Positions 54,201 to 64,000 of a DNA stretch of 64,000 bases are shown piece by piece (position 1 is the first letter of the stretch; each line of letters starts with the position of its first letter). The position numbers and the translations under genes are program-made. This DNA comes from Octopus vulgaris (lineage: Eukaryota). The notes beneath the pieces were generated by a model, which searched no databases, was not told the origin of the DNA, and worked only from the letters and a program-made list of their open reading frames with translations. The stretch is taken from positions 24,986,001 through 25,050,000 of the forward strand of contig OX597816.1 of the NCBI GenBank assembly GCA_951406725.2. Direction: 5' to 3'.

Positions 54201-55013
54201 GCAGAAAAACATCATCAACATTATCATCATAATCATCGTCGTCATTATTCATATATCACGTGATTGTGTCTTATATTTCAGATAAATGATCCGCAGACTT
54301 TTGGCGATTTAAAGACGGATACCAAGAGATTAAAACAATTACTGTATCCTATACAAGTTTAACGGTCACAGCTACTATCGATACGTACACCAGGGAAATA
54401 TTGTATGGGAAATATTCGAAGCAATGGCGCGGTTTCTAAGTAGTCGCTCGTCAGGCAATAAATATTAACAAAGTCTTCTTCATACGAGACCTTACGCAGT
54501 GGCTCTCAATATTTTCACTACCAACGACCCATCTAATTTATTTGAATTTTCCCATGAACCCTAGACTTAAAAAAAAATATATTTGCCTTTTCAACGATGT
54601 TTGAATTGAGCTTAGGGACCTCTTGTGTTTGTATTGTCGGCCCAGTTCAAGATTTAGTACCGGTACCTTAATAAGGATTGAAATGAGGAAATGACTCATT
54701 CAATAATGTAGTCTTACATAGTTCCCAGAGAAAAGATGGCCTACTGCATCTGGAAAGCTTATCATCACTATTTAGTTATGTGGCTGAGGGTTGACCTGGG
54801 GCGAAACAGCAAATATTAAAGAACCTATTAAACTACTGTAGAAACCGATTTCCTATTCCTCTAGTACAATACCATAAATTCATTGGTTAGTTAGGTTGGC
54901 GGTTGTGGTGGGTATCATATATGTATGTGTATGTATGTGTGCGTGTATGCGTGTGTGTCTATGTATCTAAATATATATGTATATGTATGTGCATATACAT
55001 ATATCTATATCTA

Positions 55014-55079
<66 letters not shown>

Positions 55080-55095
55080 CCTATCTATCTATATC

Positions 55096-55135
<40 letters not shown>

Positions 55136-55401
55136 GGGGGGGGGCGAGAGAAAAGGAGAGAGAGAGAGAGAGGGCGAGAGAAAAGGAGAGAGAGAGGTTT
55201 ATTGTATGAAAATTTAACGCCTGCTTAGAGCTTCGCCCTGGGCTGTGCTGTTTATGAGACGTGAACAAACTACTAAGTAGCGAATCTCACAGGAGACTAG
55301 CAATTTTGAAAGAAGAGACTTATATTCGGTCTGGCCTTCTTATTGAGTTCTATATAAGATAAAACATATAATACTAATATACTTTACAACACCTACACTA
55401 C

Positions 55402-55459
<58 letters not shown>

Positions 55460-55669
55460 TTCTGTGTTCAGTCCCACAGAACTCGGGATGTGTGCGTGGT
55501 ACCTTGGGCAAGTATTTTCTACCATTATCTCGGGTCAACCAAAGTCGTGTGAGTGGATTTAGTAGACAGAAATTGAAGATGCCTGCCACACACACATACA
55601 CACACACATACACACTCACACATACACTCACTCACTCACTCACACATACACACACGCATATATATAATC

Positions 55670-56212
55670 GAGAAAATTTTGAGTCAACAAGGAGTACTGT
55701 TGGAATTTATTCTCAACCACTACAATTGTTTCTATGCAACATAGTTTTTTAGGCGTGCAGGTACTTGATTATGCAACTGTTTCCCTGCATTATGAGATCT
55801 AGTTATGTTTCCTCAGGCGATATGTAAATATTGTTGTGGCATGTTCAGGTTACGACAGGTAGAGAAGATGTTCTTGAAACCGAGAATCTGAACTTACGGA
55901 GACAATATTTACATATCGTCTGAAGAAGCACAACTAGATCTCATATTGCAGGGAAACGGCTGCATAATCAAATACCTGCACGCCTGGAGAACTACATTGT
56001 GTAGAAACAATTGTAGTGATTAAAAATAAATGTCCAGCAGTACTCGTTCCTGTTGACTCCAATTTTTTCAGCTCTCTATTCACACCCGACAGATGTCCAA
56101 ACACGAACCTAGAAGTACGTATAATACTACTACTGGATAGCACAGGGGAAAAATCTGAAGGTGGACGAGCTTTATACTGTAATCTACTACGTTCTTAACA
56201 GAATATACCATA
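55670..56212. mobile_element. Inverted pair of hammerhead-bearing pLTR-like segments
   Basis: 55670-55855 is inverted at 55885-56070. Plus-strand hammerhead 55915-56020, minus-strand copy 55716-55821. Confidence 0.65.
55915..56020 (+). ncRNA. Type-I hammerhead motif with long stem II
   Basis: atcgt-CTGAAGA-a-gcacaa...ttgtgt-a-GAAA-c-aatt-g-TA-gtgat. Confidence 0.6.
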
Positions 56213-56318
56213 ACTATATATGTATGTGTGTGTAAATGTGCGCGTATGTGTGTGTGTCTATCAAATCTATTCACAAGGCTTTGGTCGGCCCTGGGTTAGA
56301 ATTAATATCGCAAAATTT

Positions 56319-56710
56319 AGGCGTTGGAGTGGCTGTGTGGTAAGTAGCTTGCTTCCGAACCACATGATTCCGGTTTCAGTCCCACTGCGTGGCACCTTGG
56401 GCAAGTGTCTTCTACTATAGCCTCGAGCCTTGTAAGTGGATTTAGTAGACGGAAATTGAAAGAAGCCCGTCGTATATATGTATACATATATATGTTTGTG
56501 CGTGTGTGTGTGTGTGTTTGTCCCCCCAGCATCGCTTGACAACCGATGCTGCTGTGTTTACGTCCCCCTAACTTAGCGTTTCGGCCAAACAGACCGATAG
56601 AATAAGTAGTAGGCTTACAAAGAATAAATCCTGGGGGTCGATTTGCTCGACTAAAAGCGGTGCTCCAGGATGGCCGCAGTCAAATGACTGAAACAAGTAA
56701 AAGAGTAAAG
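56319..56710 (+). mobile_element. SINE-A
   Basis: Consensus match. Confidence 0.8.
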
Positions 56711-56729
56711 GGTATATGTACGTATATAT

Positions 56730-57370
56730 ATGTTATTCAGTTTCATTTCAAGATTTCTTACCAACAGAGAAAGATCCGGTTTCTAACCTAAATCCAAGGA
56801 TCCATCAACAACAGGCTATTTTTGCATGTAGGTATGTTTATGCGCAGTATTGAGTCATTCCAGATGCAGATTTGTATGTTTTGTTTTATGAATGCATTCT
56901 CATGTATATAGTTGCATGTCCAGGCATGCACATGTATCCCTAAATGCCAAATTTCTGGAAAGTTTTACGAATTTTTACTGTTAACAGAGATGGCTTGAAT
57001 CTAGTCTTCGAACCAACCTTATCCTTTCTGGTTTTTCAGAAGCCTAATTTCTCACGACTGGTACTTAGGCAACGTGTTACATATCCTAGTGCCCTAATAA
57101 TTGCAGGTATAAACCTGAACTTGTAATCTGGGAACAGCAACTGTAAATTTCTCAATAGTTCACCGTATGTATTCTCTTCTTCGCTGATCTTTAGCTTTAT
57201 GTAAACATCCGTCGGGCAGCTAACGTCCACTGCTGTACAGCTTCTCTTCTCTATCAAAATCTCTATCTCTGGCCTATACTCCTTTTGTTATGAGTGGCAA
57301 TGGTCTCTACCATACTGTGGGGTTATATTTCTTTGACCTCAGGATTATCTTTCTGACGGCTCTCATTATA
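56730..57370 (-). mobile_element. RLE-type non-LTR retrotransposon 3' end adjacent to (CATA)n
   Basis: RPEI...CTAVDVSCPTDV..K...E..TYGELLRNLQ...FIPAIIRALG is an RLE C-terminal motif. Confidence 0.7.
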
Positions 57371-58139
57371 CATGTATGTATGTATGTATGTATGTATGTA
57401 TGTATGTATGTATGTATGTATGTATGTATGTATGTATGTATGTATGTGTGTGTGTATATATGTATGTATGTATGCGTGTATGTATGTGTGTGTGTATGTA
57501 TGTATGTATGTATGTGTGTGTGCGTGTGTGTATGTATGTATGTATGTTTGTATGTGTGTGTGTGTATGTATGTATGTATGTACGTACGTACGTATGTATT
57601 ATGTATGTAAGTATGTATGTATGTATGTGTGTGTATGTATGTATGTATTATGTATGTAAGTAAGTATGTATGTATGTACGTATGTGTGTGTATGTATGTA
57701 TGTATGTATGTATGTATTTATGTATATATGTACGTATGTATGTATGTATGTATGTATGTATGTATGTGTGTGTATGCATGTATGTATGCATGCATGTATG
57801 TATGTATGTACGTACGTATGTATGTATGTATGTATGTATGTCTGCTATTTGTTCAAATACGTATTTTGCTTGCTTTTTGGTGGGGGTGGGATTATTTGAG
57901 GCTGGAGGTTGGGACATATGTGTTTAAAGGTGGGGAGTGGGGGTGGTGGGGTAAATGTTGTTGATGGTTTTCTTGTCTTTATCTGGTCTAATTTATATTT
58001 GGTGATATCTCATTAGAGTTATTATCATTTCGACCAGGAACTAATTAGGCGCGGATTAGTGTTGTTTTGGTGACAGGAAGGAATCGTGACAAGCATCGTG
58101 ACAAACATATACACACACCCGTGTGTGTGTGTGTGTTAT

Positions 58140-58555
58140 TTTTGACTTGTTTCAGTCATTTGATTACGGCCATGCTGTGCAATGACTTGAAGGATGAACG
58201 GTTTTAGTCGAACAAATCGGCGAACGTTTTTTGTCTTCTCCCATCAATATCATTCTTTTTCATCATTCAATCATTCATCTCATCAATGTTTTATGTCCAT
58301 CCCGCAAGCTACACCGTGTCATGCCTTTACTCTCTCTCTTTTTACTCTTTTACTTGTTTCAGTCATTTGATTACGGCCATGCTGGTGCAATGTCTTGAAA
58401 GATGAACGGTTTTAGTCGAACAAAATCGGCGGACGTTTTTTGTCTTCTCCCATCAATATCATCCTTTTTCATCTTTCATCTCATCAATGTTTTTATGTCC
58501 AGCCCGCAAGCTACTCTGTGTCATGCCTTTACTCTCTCTCTCTCTCTCTCTCTTT
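58140..58555. repeat. Two-copy tandem duplication (~205-220 bp) beginning in a SINE-A tail
   Basis: ttgtttcagtcatttgattacggccatgctg...gtgtcatgcctttactctctc occurs twice. Confidence 0.8.
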
Positions 58556-58759
58556 TTACTCTTTTACTTGTTTCAGTCATTTGACTGCGGCCATGCTGCA
58601 GCACCGCCTTTAGTCAAGCAAATCGACCCCGAGACTTATTCTTTGTAAGCCCAGTACTTATTCTATCGGTCTCTTTTGCCGAACCGCTAAGTGATGGGGA
58701 CGTAAACACACCAGCATCGGTTGTCAAACAATGCTAGGGGAACAAACACAGACACACAA

Positions 58760-58792
<33 letters not shown>

Positions 58793-58940
58793 CATATATA
58801 CGACAGACTTCTTTCAGTTTCCGTCTACCAAATCCACTCACAAGGCATTGGTCGGCCCGGGGCTATAGCAGAAGACACTTGCCCAAGATTCCACGCAGTG
58901 GGACTGAACCCGGAACCATGTGGTTGGTTAGCAAGCTACT
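58555..58940 (-). mobile_element. SINE-A
   Basis: Consensus match. Confidence 0.85.
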
Positions 58941-59799
58941 AACAATTAAAAGAGTTGGTCAAAATAATTTGCAAGTATTTCTTTCGACTCGTGCATGTTC
59001 TGAATTGAAATCTTATCGAAATCAACTTTGCCTGTTTTCCTTCTGGGGTCGCTAAAATAAAGTACTAGTCAAGCAGAGGGTTAGATTTTATCGACTTGGC
59101 ATCTGCTTAAAGTTTCAGGCCTTGTGTTTATAGTAGAAAGTCTTATCATTACTATAATACATAAGGCGGCAAGCTGGCACAACGGACAAAATGCTTAGCG
59201 ATATTTCTTCCGGTTTTACGTTCTGTCTTCTAATTCCGCCGGGTTCAATTTAAACCTTTAATTCTTTCGGAATCGATATAAATAAATTCCAGCTGAGCAC
59301 TGAGGTTGTTAATCGATTAAAATTGCTGGCATTGTGCCAAGATTGAAAACCAGTATTAATAATAACACGGCGATAAATTAGTTGAATTGTTAAAACGTCG
59401 GACAAAATGCCTTGCGGTATTTAGTTACATCTGCTTACATCCCGAAGAACATTTTGTGAATTTTGGAAAATTTTAGAAAATTTATGCATTTTTCATCCCT
59501 CCTCCCCAACCCAGTACCGATTTTGGCCAATTTTTTTCTTTTTTGCACTACGCATTTAAAATGATCAAAGAAACCTTGAAAGTTTAAAAAAATGGAAATT
59601 ACATCGTCAAAGCCAACTTTGCCTTTTATTTTTTCGTGGTTGATAAAATAAAGTACCAGCTAAGTACTGTGGTCAAGAGGCTTCCTCTCCTTGAAATTGC
59701 CGGCTTTGTGTCAAAGTTTGAAACTCCCTGTATGCAAAGTTGGGCCTCCTTTCAGCCGCTAATGATAATGATGATGATGTTGATAATAATAATAATAAT

Positions 59800-59965
59800 A
59801 GGAAACCGGACGTTGTTGTGGTGAATAAAAAGTAAGGAACATGTATGACAATCGACATAGCATGCCCCGGTGACAACAGAATCAAAGTGAAAGAAGAATA
59901 AAAAAATAAACAACTATGACGATTTGAAGTGGGAAATACAAAAGTTGTGGTCAGTGAAGAGAGTT
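59800..59965 (+). mobile_element. RLE endonuclease fragment of an R4/Dong-like LINE following (TAA)n
   Basis: RKPDVVVVNKK*GTCMTIDIACPGDNRIKVKEE*KINNYDDLKWEIQKLW. Confidence 0.7.
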
Positions 59966-60075
59966 AAATACGCAAACAACGAGAGAAAAAAATGGAAAAC
60001 AGGACATGTAATAAAAAAGAACGACCCTTCATCAGTTGTCGGCTGTCTATCTACTCATTTCGATACATATATATA

Positions 60076-60290
60076 TACTTTATAATTAGGGTTCATGAGA
60101 GATTTGCTTCACCACATACCGAAGTTTAGAAATAGCAGTCAAAAAATCTTAGAGCTATCCCCAGAAAAATACTTTGGTTTTTCTGGGAGCCCCTTTTAAA
60201 GTAGAAGGAATAGCTAAGATTTTTTGACTGCTATTTCTAAACTTCGGTATGTGGTGAAGCAAATCTCTGCTGAACCCTAATTATAAAGTA
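60076..60290. repeat. Inverted repeat, ~80-bp arms
   Basis: tactttataattagggttca...gcagtcaaaaaatcttag versus ctaagattttttgactgc...tgaaccctaattataaagta. Confidence 0.85.
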
Positions 60291-60390
60291 TTACTTAAGC
60301 TTACCATGAAATGGTCTTTTTCATGCCGAATTCTACTTGGTGAAATTATTGATTACTTCTTAATTAATTAATTTTACCCTTTGTTATTAT

Positions 60391-60446
<56 letters not shown>

Positions 60447-60641
60447 GTGTGTGTGTGTGTGTGAGTGTATAGATGGATAGATAGATTGATGTGTGTCATT
60501 GTGCTTGTTTGTCCCAGCCCACCGTTTGACAACCGGTATTGGTTTGTTTACGTCCTTCTAGCTTCTGCGTAAAAGTATCAAGCTTAAAAACAAATAAGTG
60601 ACAGGGTCGCTCGCTGTCTTATGACAGAAACAAGTATAGTC

Positions 60642-60694
<53 letters not shown>

Positions 60695-60897
60695 GTGCGT
60701 GTGTGTGCGTGTGTGTGTGTGTGCACGCGTGTGTGTGTGTGTGTGTGTGTGAATGTGTGTACACACACGTACACGCACATACACATATACACACGTACAC
60801 ACGTACACACACATATACACATATAATACTTATACATTCCCTCTCTCTCACACACATGCACACACACACACACGCACACACCCACACACACAAACAC

Positions 60898-60952
<55 letters not shown>

Positions 60953-61269
60953 TATGCTGCGCGTCTGCGCGCCCGCTCGGAAATTAAACTTCATTTAACT
61001 CGAAGACACTTCTGCTGCTGTTTAATCTCCGTATTAATCTTGTTATAAACATTGTAACATCTTGAATCTAGTTCCAACAAACTCCTCTTTCCCCTCCCCT
61101 TCTCCCCCTCCTTCCCCTCCATCTCCCCCTCTCTCTCTCACGCATACACACACATACACCCACGAGTATTCTACACTTTCCTCTTTTTTTTAATTTTTTT
61201 ATCACGTAGTATATTATTTCTGATTCATCCTTCTTATCCTCACTATCGGAGGACGACACACGAGCATCG

Positions 61270-61418
61270 ACCACCACCACCACCACCACGCCCTTCCCCC
61301 ATCGACCACCACCTCCTCCACCGCCGCCGCCGCCGCCACCGCCACCACCACCACCACCACCGCCACGACCACCACCACCACCACCACCACGCCCCTCCCC
61401 CTCGACCACCACCTCCTC

Positions 61419-61482
<64 letters not shown>

Positions 61483-61620
61483 GCCGCCACCGCCGCCACC
61501 ACCACCACCACCACCACCACCACCACCACCACCACCACCACCACCACCACCACCGCCCACCACCACCGCCACCAACATCACCACCATCACCACCGCCACC
61601 ACCACCACCGCCGCCCACCC
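61270..61620. repeat. GC-rich (CCA)n/(CCG)n compound triplet tract
   Basis: Direct inspection. Confidence 0.9.
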
Positions 61621-62050
61621 CTTACAATTATCACGGGCTTGGCTCAGCAGCGACGACAAGGATAATAACAGCCACAGCAACATCTCATCATATCGTATCA
61701 TCTCATCTCTTCTCATTAACTACGAACTTGTTAACATGTCCTCTCCATTTCTGACACCAATGTTGGGACAGCTGGTTGGCTTATTACCCATATTAGACAT
61801 ATTAGCCGATTGGATAGTTGTTGTTGCTGTTGTTATTCTTGTTGTTTTGCTCTATGGAGGGTTTTTATCGCACAGATATACTCTTTTACTCTTTTACATG
61901 TTTCAGTCATGTGACTGTGGCCATGCTGGAGTACCGCCTTTAGTCGAGCAAATCGACCCCAGAACTTATTCTTTGTAAGCCTAGTACTTATTCTAGGAAA
62001 ACGCAAGTGCTCTTTTAGTAGATCGGAAAGGAGTCAGACAAAATGCCTAT

Positions 62051-62425
62051 AGGCGCAGGAGTGGCTGTGTGGTAAGTAGCTTGCTAACCAACCACACGGT
62101 TGCGGGTTCAGTCCCACTGCGTGGCATCTTGGGCAAGTATCTTCTGCTATAGCCCCGGGCCGACCAATGCCTTGTGAGTGGATTTGGTAGACGGAAACTG
62201 AAAGAAGCCTGTCGTATATATGTATATATATGTATATGTGTGTATGTTTGTGTGTCTGTGTTTGTCCCCCTAGCATTGCTTGACAACCGATGCTGGTGTG
62301 TTTGGGTCCCCGTCACTTAGCGGTTCGGCAAAAAGAGACCGATAGAATAAGTACTAAAAGGTGGTGTTCCAGCATGGCCGCAGTCAAATGACTGAAACAA
62401 GTAAAAGAGTAAAGAGTAAAAGAGT
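62051..62425 (+). mobile_element. SINE-A
   Basis: Consensus match. Confidence 0.85.
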
Positions 62426-62675
62426 AATAGTTTTTTTACTTATCTTTATCCTCTAATTTAAAAAAAAGAAAAGCCCTCTGCTTTTCATCTTTTCGGAATC
62501 AATAAACTATGGCCATGCTGGTGAGTTTATATCCCCGTAAATCATCGGTTCGCAAAAGTGACCGATAAGTCCCGGGGGCGATTTCTTCGACTACAATCCT
62601 TAAGGCGGTGCTCCAGCACGGCCGCAGTCAAATGACTGAAACAAATAAAAGAATAAAAGAATGAAAGAATATATG

Positions 62676-63962
62676 CAAAGTGCGGTGAACAAATTGTCAT
62701 CTCAATTACGCAAAAATTTCATTTTAACAGATATATTTACCAAAATTAAATAAAAATATCTTGAAATACTAAAGAGTAAATTTATTCAGTAAAATCACTA
62801 TTGGCTTCAACCATGGCCTCCAGGTCACTTTGGAATTTCCCGCAACTCTTCTGGAAGGTCATCTTGTTTAAATTGGTGAATGCTGCCATAATCTGTGCCC
62901 TCAGTTCATCTTGGGTGTTACAAGGAGTTTTGTTGGTCTCTCGCTCAACTGCGTCCCGCACGTAATAATCAAAGGGGTTGCAGTTTGGGGAGTTAGGTGA
63001 CCAGATGTTAGGAGTGATGTGGTCGCAGAAATTGTCTGACAGTCATGACTGGTTCCTCTTGATTGCTTAGCATGGTGCAGAGTCCTGTTGCCAGACATAG
63101 GGTCTTCCAGCAGCCACCCCCTTGATCCAGAGTTGGACTGCCTCCTCCAGGCATTTGATGGAGGCCGCTCTGTTGAGTCTGAAGCCGTATGGAAAGATGA
63201 ATGGAGGCATTATGTCGTCATCACTAGTGATTACTCCAAACATCATGGCGTTCACTGAATATTTGATTTTTATCACTCTCGGTACATGTTTTGGAGACAC
63301 GACAGGCCAACTGTTGTTCTGTTTGTTCACCACCTAATCATGGCAGAAAATGTTCTCGTCTGAGAAACACCAAAGCATGTTCAGTTGGTGGGGATGCTGG
63401 AGTTTGTTCAAAAGCTTCGTAGCGCGGTCTTTCTTCTTGTCCTTAATGGCTTAGGATAAAAGTTGGCCCTTTCTCATCTTGCATGAGGAATACCGAATGT
63501 CTTCATGCACTACCTGTCTGATAACAAACTCAGACAATCCTATGTCCCTGGCAATGGACCTGGTTGACTTGGAGGGATCGTTGTCAAACATGGCCTGGAT
63601 CTCACCAACAAATTCAGGAGTTTTTTTCTTATCAGAACGATCAGAATAAGTTTTCTGAGCTGCCGTACCTTCTTAATCTCCATTAGACTCATCCAACTTT
63701 TTTGGAATCCTCTGCACTGTCCTCAGATTGACGCCCAAACACTCTGAAATGTTCGTATTGGAGCTTCTGGCGCGAATGCCAAGCAGTATAGTATATCGCT
63801 TCCAAATTTCTGGCATGGTGAATTGCATCATAGCGCTGTTTTTCTCAAAGACGGTGTCCATCTGACTCTACTATACTGTCTAGTTGAGAAAACCAAAAAC
63901 AAACAATGCGCATGCGTGAAACTATAAATATAAATTGGCGACAATTTACCTATTGCACCCTG
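62676..63962 (-). mobile_element. Near full-length decayed DD37D (maT-type) Tc1/mariner transposon
   Basis: WCFSDE...WQQDSAPC...SPNSPNCNPFDYY with 37 residues counted between the 2nd and 3rd Asp. Imperfect TIRs cagggtgcaataggtaaattgtc / caaagtgcggtgaacaaattgtc. In-frame stops present. Confidence 0.85.
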
Positions 63963-64000
63963 AATACATACATACATACATACATACATACATACATACA

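Noticed and set aside
54281-54362. Possible exon after ttatatttcag
   Set aside because: Only a short open frame, with no convincing donor site or homology.

Overview
Eukaryotic, AT-rich, extremely microsatellite-dense non-coding DNA, most likely an octopus (coleoid cephalopod) intron or intergenic region. This is inferred from the tRNA-derived SINE types and repeat landscape. No intact host protein-coding exon can be supported, and nearly all listed ORFs are artefacts of microsatellites or SINEs. The window is a mosaic of: three abundant tRNA-headed SINE families (here called A, B and C); decayed LINEs (CR1/L2-like, RTE, I-like, and restriction-like-endonuclease types); mariner and DD37D/maT DNA transposons; MITEs; a non-autonomous Helitron; a 48-bp minisatellite; and interstitial telomere-like repeats. 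The most striking unannotated signal is about ten or more minimal type-I hammerhead ribozyme motifs in several short element families. Several occur as inverted pairs. One sits directly downstream of a Penelope-like GIY-YIG endonuclease remnant. One family fuses a tRNA/Pol III head to the hammerhead, giving a SINE-like ribozyme retroelement inserted as a palindromic dimer with a 12-bp target duplication. All calls were made by eye and coordinates are approximate to a few bases.
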